Positions 8,146-15,815 of a stretch of DNA of 35,425 nt are shown piece by piece; positions within the stretch are counted from its first letter, which is position 1; every line of letters begins with the position of its first letter. The stretch lies in contig CAIJFC010000110.1 of assembly GCA_903819815.1 (NCBI GenBank), positions 1 through 35,425 of the forward strand, in the 5' to 3' direction. A program made the translations under genes and the position numbers. The notes beneath the pieces are model-generated. The model made no database searches. It was not told where the DNA came from and saw only the letters and a list, made by a program, of their open reading frames with translations. The DNA comes from an uncultured Bacteroidota bacterium. Its GTDB lineage: Bacteria > Bacteroidota > Bacteroidia > Flavobacteriales > Flavobacteriaceae.

Positions 8146-8505
8146 ATGTTTAATAAAAACCCAAAACCATATACCGATCTGTTAGGAAAAACCAACAGAA
8201 TTGTGGAAGGAACTACTATAAATGGAAACATAATTTCACCTGCCGATTTTCGACTTGACGGGCATTTAATAGGCAATTTTGAATCTACGGGTAAAATTGT
8301 AATTGGACCTGCCGGAAGTGTAAAAGGAGATATTACTTGTATAAATGCCGACATTGAAGGGAATTTTGAGGGCAAAATTCAAGTGGCGGAATTATTAAAT
8401 ATAAAAGGTAACGCAAGTGTTTGTGGAGAAGTAGTTTGCGGCAAGCTTTCAATCGATCCAGGTGCCGATTTCAGCGCCACCTGCGTGATGAATCCAATGG
8501 AGTAA
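8146..8505 (+). CDS. Bactofilin (polymer-forming cytoskeletal protein, CcmA family)
   Basis: Beta-helix repeats: IVEGTTINGNI, FRLDGHLIGNF, VIGPAGSVKGDI, IEGNFEGKI, LSIDPGADF. Confidence 0.9.
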   Translation: MFNKNPKPYTDLLGKTNRIVEGTTINGNIISPADFRLDGHLIGNFESTGKIVIGPAGSVKGDITCINADIEGNFEGKIQVAELLNIKGNASVCGEVVCGKLSIDPGADFSATCVMNPME

Positions 8506-8508
8506 TTT

Positions 8509-8742
8509 ATGGCTTCCAACAAAGATTCAAAAAAGCAAAACAATCGCAAATGGCTTGCCTTAATTAATATCCCAATTCAAATGGGGGTTATTATTTTTGG
8601 GTTAACCTATTTTGGAATTTGGCTAGACGAAAGACAAAGCAATCAAAACAACACCTACACAATTGTTTTTTCGTTAGCATCTGTTTTTGTTTCATTGTAT
8701 AATATCTTCCGACAAGTTAAAAACTTAAATAAAAACAAATAA
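8509..8742 (+). CDS. AtpZ/AtpI(AtpQ)-family 2-TM protein
   Basis: Two TM helices with GIWLD motif, upstream of atpB. Confidence 0.85.
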   Translation: MASNKDSKKQNNRKWLALINIPIQMGVIIFGLTYFGIWLDERQSNQNNTYTIVFSLASVFVSLYNIFRQVKNLNKNK

Positions 8743-8745
8743 AAA

Positions 8746-9126
8746 ATGGCTAAAATCGGTACTTTTATAACATACTTCATCCCCTATACCTTGCTTTTAT
8801 ATCTTTTAAACAAAATAATTATCAATCATTTTTTTTATGATTTGAAGTTAGAAACAAGTATAGTTTCAATTTATCTATTTCTTTTTATAGCAACATTGAT
8901 TATCTATATATTTTTGTTTTTTGTAAATAATAAATATCCCGAAAAAACGGGCTTTGCGTTTTTAACGTCTGGCTTGCTTAAAATGATGGCTTCGGTTGTT
9001 TTTTTGCTGCCATTAATTCAATCAAAAAACATTGTAGTATATGATGTTATTGCCTTTTTTGTCCCCTATTTTCTGTTTCTAATTTTTGAAACAATATTTG
9101 CAGTACGACTTATAAACGCTCGATAA
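8746..9126 (+). CDS. 4-TM AtpI-like membrane protein (DUF6168-like)
   Basis: Four TM helices, GFAFL...LKM and FFVPYFLFLIFE motifs; precedes atpB. Confidence 0.7.
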   Translation: MAKIGTFITYFIPYTLLLYLLNKIIINHFFYDLKLETSIVSIYLFLFIATLIIYIFLFFVNNKYPEKTGFAFLTSGLLKMMASVVFLLPLIQSKNIVVYDVIAFFVPYFLFLIFETIFAVRLINAR

Positions 9127-9188
9127 AAATCTCAAAAAAAGACAAATAAAAATTATAATTATATCTTTTCAATTTTCAATAAAAGATG

Positions 9189-9196
9189 TACCTTTG
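9189..9196 (+). promoter_or_regulatory. -7 box (TACCTTTG) for atpBEFHAG
   Basis: Exact TAnnTTTG 42 nt upstream of the likely atpB ATG (9239). Confidence 0.75.
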
Positions 9197-9238
9197 CAAA
9201 AATTTTTTGGAACTTATATTTTGACAATCTATTTAATA

Positions 9239-10378
9239 ATGAAAATTTCAAATATTACTAACAAACTTCTTCTAGTATTATCACTAGCTTTAATGCCGGT
9301 AGCAAATTTTGCAAACAATAGCAACGATGCTCCTGTTAAGGTTGTTGAAGAAGTTGTGACTACAAACGAACATCACGCCAAAACAACTAACGAAGACAAA
9401 GAATTTAACGCAAGCGAACTAATCAATTCTCACATAGGAGATTCTCATGAATTTCACATTATGGATTGGAATGGAGAGCCGATTACGTTTTTTTTACCCG
9501 TAATTTTATGGACAAACAATGGGCTATTAATGTTTTCTTCAAAAGAATTTCATCATGATAATTCAGGCGAACATGAAGTTGCAATAGACCAACAAAGTTT
9601 TGTTAGAAACAACGAAGTGATTTATTATACAGATAAATATAAACTATTGAAAGAAGAAGACCGAGGGGCTTTTAATTTATCGGCAAGACCATTAGATTTT
9701 TCGATTACAAAAAATGTTTTTTCAATGTTTCTTTCAGTAATTATTTTGTTTGCTTTATTCTTTTTTACAGCAAAAAATTATAAAAACAGCAATTTAGTTC
9801 CAAAAGGAATAGCCGGGTTTCTAGAACCCCTAGTTACATTCGTTAGAGACGATATTGCAATTCCAAATATTGGAAAAAAAGCAGATAAATACACACCCTA
9901 TTTATTAACAGTTTTCTTCTTTGTATGGATCAATAACTTAATTGGATTAATTCCTTTTTTTCCATTTAGTTCAAATCTCACAGGAAACATATTTTTTACC
10001 TTTGTTTTGGCATTTATTACCTTTTTGGTTACTCTATTTAGTGGTAATAAAAACTATTGGAGCCATATCTTAATGCCACCTGTTCCAAAATTACTTTATC
10101 CAATTATGATTCCTATTGAAATCATAGGAATATTCACAAAGCCATTCGCATTAATGATTCGTTTGTTTGCCAATATTACGGCAGGTCACATTATTATTTT
10201 GAGTTTGGTGTCATTAATTTTTATTTTTAATTCGGTTGCAGTAGCCCCAATTTCTGGAGTATTCGTTCTTTTTATGAGCGTACTTGAATTAATTGTTGCA
10301 GCCTTACAAGCATATGTATTTACATTACTTACAGCATTATTCATTGGTCAAGCTGTAGAAGATCACGACCATCATTAA
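9239..10378 (+). CDS. atpB: F0F1 ATP synthase subunit a
   Basis: PLDFSITKNV, KPFALMIRLFANITAGH (essential Arg), LQAYVFTLL. Start moved to ATG 9239 because the ORF-track TTG at 9194 lies within the promoter box. Confidence 0.96.
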   Translation: MKISNITNKLLLVLSLALMPVANFANNSNDAPVKVVEEVVTTNEHHAKTTNEDKEFNASELINSHIGDSHEFHIMDWNGEPITFFLPVILWTNNGLLMFSSKEFHHDNSGEHEVAIDQQSFVRNNEVIYYTDKYKLLKEEDRGAFNLSARPLDFSITKNVFSMFLSVIILFALFFFTAKNYKNSNLVPKGIAGFLEPLVTFVRDDIAIPNIGKKADKYTPYLLTVFFFVWINNLIGLIPFFPFSSNLTGNIFFTFVLAFITFLVTLFSGNKNYWSHILMPPVPKLLYPIMIPIEIIGIFTKPFALMIRLFANITAGHIIILSLVSLIFIFNSVAVAPISGVFVLFMSVLELIVAALQAYVFTLLTALFIGQAVEDHDHH

Positions 10379-10399
10379 TTGAGTTTTATTAATTATTAA

Positions 10400-10618
<219 letters not shown>

Positions 10619-10625
10619 TTTTAAA

Positions 10626-10660
10626 AAAACTTTCTGAAACGGTTGGTTTCAGAAAGTTTT
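10626..10660 (+). terminator. Strong hairpin between atpE and atpF (partial terminator or mRNA stabiliser)
   Basis: AAAACTTTCTGAAAC-GGTTG-GTTTCAGAAAGTTTT, perfect 15-bp stem with a 5-nt loop. Confidence 0.75.
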
Positions 10661-10686
10661 AATTAAACAATTAAAAACATTTATAT

Positions 10687-11178
10687 ATGAATTTTACCGC
10701 ACCTGAGAGTTTAATTTTTTGGACATCAATAATTTTCATTGTGTTCTTAATATTATTAAGAAAATTCGCATGGAAACCAATTCTTGGAGCCGTCAACGAA
10801 AGAGAAACATCAATAAAAAACGCATTACTTTCTGCTGAAAATGCTAGAAAAGAAATGCAAAACCTTCAATCGGACAACCAACGTATTTTGCAAGAAGCAA
10901 GATTAGAACGTGACGCGATGTTGAAAGACGCTCGTGAAATGAAAGAGAAAATGGTTGCTGATGCAAAAAATGAAGCGCAAGCCCAAGGTTTAAAAATGAT
11001 TGAGCAAGCGAAAGCAGCAATCGAAGGTGAAAAAAATGCCGCTTTGGCAGAATTAAAATCTCACGTTGCAACGTTGTCATTGGAAATTGCCGAAAAATTA
11101 TTGAAAGAAGAATTATCTAACAAAGAATCCCAAGTGAAATTGGTAGAGAAAATGTTAGGCGACGCTAAATTAAACTAA
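10687..11178 (+). CDS. atpF: F0F1 ATP synthase subunit b
   Basis: N-terminal TM, KFAWKPILGAVNERE, long charged coiled coil. Confidence 0.96.
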   Translation: MNFTAPESLIFWTSIIFIVFLILLRKFAWKPILGAVNERETSIKNALLSAENARKEMQNLQSDNQRILQEARLERDAMLKDAREMKEKMVADAKNEAQAQGLKMIEQAKAAIEGEKNAALAELKSHVATLSLEIAEKLLKEELSNKESQVKLVEKMLGDAKLN

Positions 11179-11179
11179 T

Positions 11180-11713
11180 ATGTCAGGAATTAGAGCAGCC
11201 ATTCGTTATGCGAAAGCCATTTTAGAAATCGCCGATTCCAAAGGAGTAGCTTCTGAAGTGAGTGCCGATATGACATTAATTGCAAAAACAATTACTGGGA
11301 ATACTGAATTGACGCATTTTATTCAAAACCCTTTGATTAAAACCGATACTAAAAAGAATGTAGTTATAGAAGTTTTTGCTTCGGTTAATCCCGTTACACA
11401 AAGTCTTTTTCATTTATTATTGGAAAACAAAAGATTTGAAATTTTAGCAGCAATTGCTGTTGAATACAATAATTTGTTTGACGTAATGAATGGCGTTGAA
11501 GTGGCAAAAGTAACTACAGCTTTCCCAATGGATGCGGCTTTAGAAGCTAAAGTATTGGCAAAAATTGCTACTTTTTCAGATAAAAAAGTAACCATTGAAA
11601 ACACGGTAGATGCTTCAATTATTGGAGGATTTATTTTAAGAATAGGCGACAAGCAATACAATGCTTCAGTAGCCAACAGATTACACGTATTAAAAAGAGA
11701 ATTAAGTAACTAG
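11180..11713 (+). CDS. atpH: F0F1 ATP synthase subunit delta
   Basis: AIRYAKA N-terminus, [15 protein letters not shown]...NASV C-terminus. Confidence 0.96.
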   Translation: MSGIRAAIRYAKAILEIADSKGVASEVSADMTLIAKTITGNTELTHFIQNPLIKTDTKKNVVIEVFASVNPVTQSLFHLLLENKRFEILAAIAVEYNNLFDVMNGVEVAKVTTAFPMDAALEAKVLAKIATFSDKKVTIENTVDASIIGGFILRIGDKQYNASVANRLHVLKRELSN

Positions 11714-11727
11714 TTATTTATATAATT

Positions 11728-13305
11728 ATGGCGGAAATTAAACCTGCTGAAATATCAGCAATATTAAAAAAACAAGTAGAAGGTTTTGAAACTGGTGCTA
11801 CATTAGAAGAAGTAGGTTCTGTACTTCAAGTTGGAGATGGTATTGCTCGTGTTTACGGGTTATCAAATGTTCAATACGGAGAATTAGTAGAATTCGAAAA
11901 CGGATTGGAAGGAATCGTTTTGAATCTTGAAGAAGATAATGTTGGGGTGGTACTTTTAGGGCCGTCAACAGGAATTAAAGAAGGTTCAACTGCCAAAAGA
12001 ACGCAACGTATTGCTTCTTTGAAAACAGGAGAACAAATGGTAGGTCGTGTAGTAAACACACTTGGTTTTCCTATAGATGGAAAAGGACCAATTGGTGGAG
12101 ATTTATACGAAATGCCTTTGGAAAGAAAAGCGCCTGGAGTTATCTTCCGTCAGCCAGTTACTGAACCATTACAAACGGGTATCAAAGCAGTTGATGCAAT
12201 GATTCCAGTGGGTCGTGGACAACGTGAATTGGTAATTGGTGACCGTCAAACAGGAAAATCAACTGTTTGTATTGATACCATTTTGAATCAAAAAGAATTT
12301 TACGATGCAGGAAAACCTGTATTTTGTATCTATGTTGCCATTGGGCAAAAAGCGTCAACTGTAGCGGGAATTGCTAAAATGTTAGAAGAAAAAGGAGCAA
12401 TGGCCTATACCATTATCGTTGCTGCAAATGCTTCTGACCCAGCTCCAATGCAAGTTTATGCTCCTTTTGCAGGTGCAGCTATTGGAGAATATTTTAGAGA
12501 CTCAGGTCGTCCAGCTTTAATTGTTTATGATGATTTATCTAAACAGGCAGTTGCGTATCGTGAGGTTTCTCTTTTATTGAGAAGACCACCGGGACGTGAG
12601 GCCTATCCTGGAGACGTTTTTTACTTGCACAGTAGATTATTAGAAAGAGCGTGTAAAGTAATTGCAAACGATGACATTGCAAAAAATATGAACGACTTGC
12701 CAGATACTTTGAAATCAATTGTAAAAGGAGGAGGTTCGTTGACTGCATTACCAATTATTGAAACTCAAGCGGGTGACGTTTCTGCGTATATCCCAACGAA
12801 TGTAATTTCGATTACAGACGGTCAGATTTTCCTTGATGGAGATTTGTTTAATTCAGGAGTTCGTCCCGCAATTAACGTAGGTATTTCGGTATCTCGTGTT
12901 GGTGGAAATGCACAAATTAAATCAATGAAAAAAGTAGCAGGAACATTAAAATTAGACCAAGCGCAATTCCGTGAATTGGAAGCTTTCGCTAAGTTTGGTT
13001 CTGATTTAGATGCAGTAACATTGAACGTAATTGAAAAAGGAAGAAGAAACGTTGAAATTTTGAAACAAGGATTAAACAGTCCTTATACTGTTGAAGATCA
13101 AGTTGCAATTATCTATGCGGGTTCTAAAAACTTGTTGAGAAATGTGCCTGTAAACAAAGTAAAAGAATTCGAAAAAGACTTTTTAGAATTTTTGAATAAC
13201 AAACACAGAGATACGCTAGACGCTTTGAAAGCTGGAAAATTAGATGACAACATTACGTCTGTTATTGAAAATGTAGCAAAAGAAGTTTCGGCGAAATATA
13301 ACTAA
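11728..13305 (+). CDS. atpA: F0F1 ATP synthase subunit alpha
   Basis: [10 protein letters not shown], Walker [46 protein letters not shown]. Confidence 0.99.
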   Translation: MAEIKPAEISAILKKQVEGFETGATLEEVGSVLQVGDGIARVYGLSNVQYGELVEFENGLEGIVLNLEEDNVGVVLLGPSTGIKEGSTAKRTQRIASLKTGEQMVGRVVNTLGFPIDGKGPIGGDLYEMPLERKAPGVIFRQPVTEPLQTGIKAVDAMIPVGRGQRELVIGDRQTGKSTVCIDTILNQKEFYDAGKPVFCIYVAIGQKASTVAGIAKMLEEKGAMAYTIIVAANASDPAPMQVYAPFAGAAIGEYFRDSGRPALIVYDDLSKQAVAYREVSLLLRRPPGREAYPGDVFYLHSRLLERACKVIANDDIAKNMNDLPDTLKSIVKGGGSLTALPIIETQAGDVSAYIPTNVISITDGQIFLDGDLFNSGVRPAINVGISVSRVGGNAQIKSMKKVAGTLKLDQAQFRELEAFAKFGSDLDAVTLNVIEKGRRNVEILKQGLNSPYTVEDQVAIIYAGSKNLLRNVPVNKVKEFEKDFLEFLNNKHRDTLDALKAGKLDDNITSVIENVAKEVSAKYN

Positions 13306-13309
13306 AAGT

Positions 13310-13387
13310 TATTTTAAATTTTGAATTTTAAATTATGAATTGCTCGTCTTTTTGTAATTTAAAATTTAAAATTTAAAATTCAAAATA
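13310..13387. repeat. Inverted pair of tandem heptamer arrays forming a roughly 32-bp stem-loop
   Basis: T ATTTTAA ATTTTGA ATTTTAA ATTATGA ATT - 14 nt - AAT TTAAAAT TTAAAAT TTAAAAT TCAAAAT A. Confidence 0.85.
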
Positions 13388-13397
13388 GAAAAAATAA

Positions 13398-14258
13398 ATG
13401 GCAAACTTAAAGGAAATCCGTAATAGAATTACTTCCGTTTCATCAACGATGCAGATCACTTCTGCGATGAAAATGGTTTCTGCAGCAAAGCTTAAAAAAG
13501 CACAAGATGCGATTACAGCAATGCGACCTTATGCCGAAAAATTAACGGAATTATTACAAAATCTTTCTGCCAACCTTGATGGTGATGCAGGCGGAGAGTT
13601 TACTACTCAACGTGAAATTAAAAAAGTATTAATTGTAGCTATTACTTCCAATAGAGGTTTGTGTGGCGCATTTAATTCAAATGTAATTAAGGAAGTAAAA
13701 AACAGAGCTTTATTTTACGAAGGAAAGCAAGTGGATATTTTTGCAATTGGTAAAAAAGGGAATGACGCTTTGAGTAAAACGGCTACCGTTATTGAAAATC
13801 AAAGTTCAATATTTGACGATTTATCATTTGAAAATGTTGCAGTTATTGCTGACGTTCTAACTCAAAAATTCATTTCTGGAGAGTATGACAAAATAGAATT
13901 GGTTTACAACCAATTTAAAAATGCAGCTACTCAAATCGTTCAAACCGAGCAATTCTTGCCTTTAGAAGCATTGAAATCAGATACAATCGCATCAACCGGA
14001 GATTATATCTTTGAACCTTCAAAAGAAGATATTGTTTTGACATTGATTCCAAAATCATTAAAAACACAATTATACAAAGGGATTAGAGATTCATTTGCCT
14101 CAGAGCACGGAGCTAGAATGACTGCAATGCACAAAGCGACAGACAACGCAACGGAATTGAGAGACCAATTGAAATTGACCTACAACAAAGCCCGTCAAGC
14201 AGCAATTACCAATGAAATCTTGGAGATTGTTGGTGGAGCAGAAGCTTTAAAAGGATAG
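13398..14258 (+). CDS. atpG: F0F1 ATP synthase subunit gamma
   Basis: QITSAMKMVSAAK, TSNRGLCGAFN, SEHGARMTAM, YNKARQAAITNEILEIVGGA. Confidence 0.99.
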   Translation: MANLKEIRNRITSVSSTMQITSAMKMVSAAKLKKAQDAITAMRPYAEKLTELLQNLSANLDGDAGGEFTTQREIKKVLIVAITSNRGLCGAFNSNVIKEVKNRALFYEGKQVDIFAIGKKGNDALSKTATVIENQSSIFDDLSFENVAVIADVLTQKFISGEYDKIELVYNQFKNAATQIVQTEQFLPLEALKSDTIASTGDYIFEPSKEDIVLTLIPKSLKTQLYKGIRDSFASEHGARMTAMHKATDNATELRDQLKLTYNKARQAAITNEILEIVGGAEALKG

Positions 14259-14296
14259 AGACCCTAGCCCGCCCCCGAAGAGGGAATAAAAAAACT

Positions 14297-14327
14297 AAAA
14301 AGCCAGCAAAATTTGTTGGCTTTTTTT
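14297..14327 (+). terminator. Rho-independent terminator of the atp operon
   Basis: AAAAAGCCAGCAAA-A-TTTGTTGGCTTTTTTT hairpin with U-tract. Confidence 0.8.
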
Positions 14328-14350
14328 AATTTTATAATTAAAAAATTAAA

Positions 14351-14788
14351 ATGGAAATACGACAATTAGAAACCGTTTCAGAGATGGCTGCCCAAATAGA
14401 AATGATTCATTTTCTGTACCCTAACATGACGGTTGAAACCTATGAATCCTACTTAAGTAGGATGTTGCCAAATGGCTACAAACAGGCAGCTATTTTTGAA
14501 AACAAGCAATGTATTGGGCTCTCCGGGTTTTGGCACAATACTAAATTATGGACGGGTCCGTATTTAGAAATTGATAATTTTATTGTCCATCCTGATCATA
14601 GAAAAAAGGGGGTTGGAAAAATAATTACAGACTTTATTGATGCTAAAGCCAAAGAACTTTTATGTTCTTGTGTGGTGTTAGATGCATTTACGGGGAATTT
14701 TCCGGCCCATCGATTTTATTACAATCAAGGGTATGAGCCACGGGGATTTCATTTTATCAAAACAATTGATGAAAACGGATTTTCGTAA
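14351..14788 (+). CDS. GNAT family N-acetyltransferase
   Basis: Motif A VHPDHRKKGVG; N..AHRFYYNQGY. Confidence 0.9.
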   Translation: MEIRQLETVSEMAAQIEMIHFLYPNMTVETYESYLSRMLPNGYKQAAIFENKQCIGLSGFWHNTKLWTGPYLEIDNFIVHPDHRKKGVGKIITDFIDAKAKELLCSCVVLDAFTGNFPAHRFYYNQGYEPRGFHFIKTIDENGFS

Positions 14789-14798
14789 TTGACTTAAA

Positions 14799-15248
14799 TT
14801 AATTATCGGATTGGTACCATTCTGCAAATGAAGTTTCTGTTTCTTGCAGTTTTAAAGAATGCAAATTTATACCTTGTGGCAATCTACTTTTTATTCTATT
14901 GGCAAAATCGATAACCATATTTTCACTTGTAGGTTGATAATCTACCAAAATAACATGGTGATCCCGAGCTTGTAATTCCTTTGCCAACTCCACATGAGGG
15001 GTGTTTTTGTTAAATACGGTAGCATGATCAAATTGATCTACAATTTCTTCTTTTACAATTTTCTTTAAATCGGTGAAATCGATAACCATTCCAAATTTTA
15101 CATTTGAATTATCGGCAATGGGTTTTCCAATAACGGTAACTGACAATTTATAACTGTGTCCATGGACGTTTTTGCACTTTCCATCATAGCCATATAACGC
15201 GTGTCCGGTTTCAAAATTAAATTGTTTGGTTATTCTAATATTGCTCAT
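14799..15248 (-). CDS. queD: 6-carboxy-5,6,7,8-tetrahydropterin synthase (6-pyruvoyl-tetrahydropterin synthase family)
   Basis: FETGHAL, CKNVHGHSY (CxxxHGH), GMVIDF, FDH, PTSEN, ETETS. Start set at ATG 15248 because the ORF-track start overlaps the promoter box. Confidence 0.92.
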   Translation of the reverse strand: MSNIRITKQFNFETGHALYGYDGKCKNVHGHSYKLSVTVIGKPIADNSNVKFGMVIDFTDLKKIVKEEIVDQFDHATVFNKNTPHVELAKELQARDHHVILVDYQPTSENMVIDFANRIKSRLPQGINLHSLKLQETETSFAEWYQSDN

Positions 15249-15266
15249 TGTTAAAGTATTTGAATG

Positions 15267-15274
15267 CAAATTTA
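15267..15274 (-). promoter_or_regulatory. -7 box (TAAATTTG) for queD
   Basis: CAAATTTA on + strand, 18 nt upstream of ATG 15248. Confidence 0.7.
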
Positions 15275-15335
15275 GTAAATTGTAATCATTCTACTTTCAA
15301 AAATAGATATTGCTTTATATAAAACTAAAATAATG

Positions 15336-15343
15336 TATATTTG
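15336..15343 (+). promoter_or_regulatory. -7 box (TATATTTG) for tRNA-Ala
   Basis: Exact TAnnTTTG 9 nt upstream of the tRNA 5' end. Confidence 0.8.
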
Positions 15344-15352
15344 CGAAAGCAA

Positions 15353-15426
15353 GGGGGATTAGCTCATTTGGCTAGAGCGCTACGCTGGCAGCGTAGAGGC
15401 GATCGGTTCGAATCCGATATTCTCCA
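15353..15426 (+). tRNA. tRNA-Ala (anticodon GGC)
   Basis: Cloverleaf: acceptor GGGGGAT/ATTCTCC with G3:U70 Ala determinant, D arm GCTC/GAGC, anticodon arm CTACG-CTGGCAG-CGTAG, T arm ATCGG-TTCGAAT-CCGAT; CCA not encoded. Confidence 0.98.
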
Positions 15427-15431
15427 CAGAA

Positions 15432-15463
15432 AATGGGCATTTTACTTTTGTAAAATGCCCATT
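15432..15463 (+). terminator. Hairpin terminator after tRNA-Ala
   Basis: AATGGGCATTTTAC-TTTT-GTAAAATGCCCATT, perfect 14-bp stem. Confidence 0.8.
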
Positions 15464-15707
15464 ATAGTTTTTACTATAGTCCCAATTGTTTCTTCTTGTC
15501 TATTATATCGATTTATATTTCGCATATTTAAGTCCAATTTGAAAGCTAGTCGCTATTTTTTATAATATGATTTTCAAATTAATACTAATAAAAAATATAA
15601 CTATTATTCAAATGTCATTGTAGCTATACAACACCACAACATTTTTATTTCAACCTCTTTTATACTGCCTTTCCATGGATATAAAAAAAGGGAATAACAC
15701 CTATTTT

Positions 15708-15715
15708 TAGCTTTG
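15708..15715 (+). promoter_or_regulatory. Candidate -7 box (TAGCTTTG) for the T9SS cargo locus
   Basis: Exact TAnnTTTG 100 nt upstream of ATG 15816. Confidence 0.55.
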
Positions 15716-15815
15716 CTTTACAAAACATATAATTATGTATAGTTTTTATATAATTCTAATCAATTCAAATCATAGATTAGTTTCCTAAATTAGACTTTTA
15801 ATTAAAATTACCTTT

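Noticed and set aside
9194-9238. Extended TTG starts for atpB (also queD 15269, fbp 30120, deaminase 31845)
   Set aside because: These TTGs fall in promoter-like boxes or overlap the upstream gene; downstream ATGs give more plausible N-termini.
15341-15565. 74-aa ORF in the ORF track
   Set aside because: It overlaps the tRNA-Ala gene and its terminator, and its TTG start is part of the tRNA promoter box.
15536-15580. AATTTGAAA...TTTCAAATT inverted repeat as an invertible promoter
   Set aside because: Only 9 bp, very AT-rich, does not enclose the candidate -7 box, and no recombinase nearby; likely chance.
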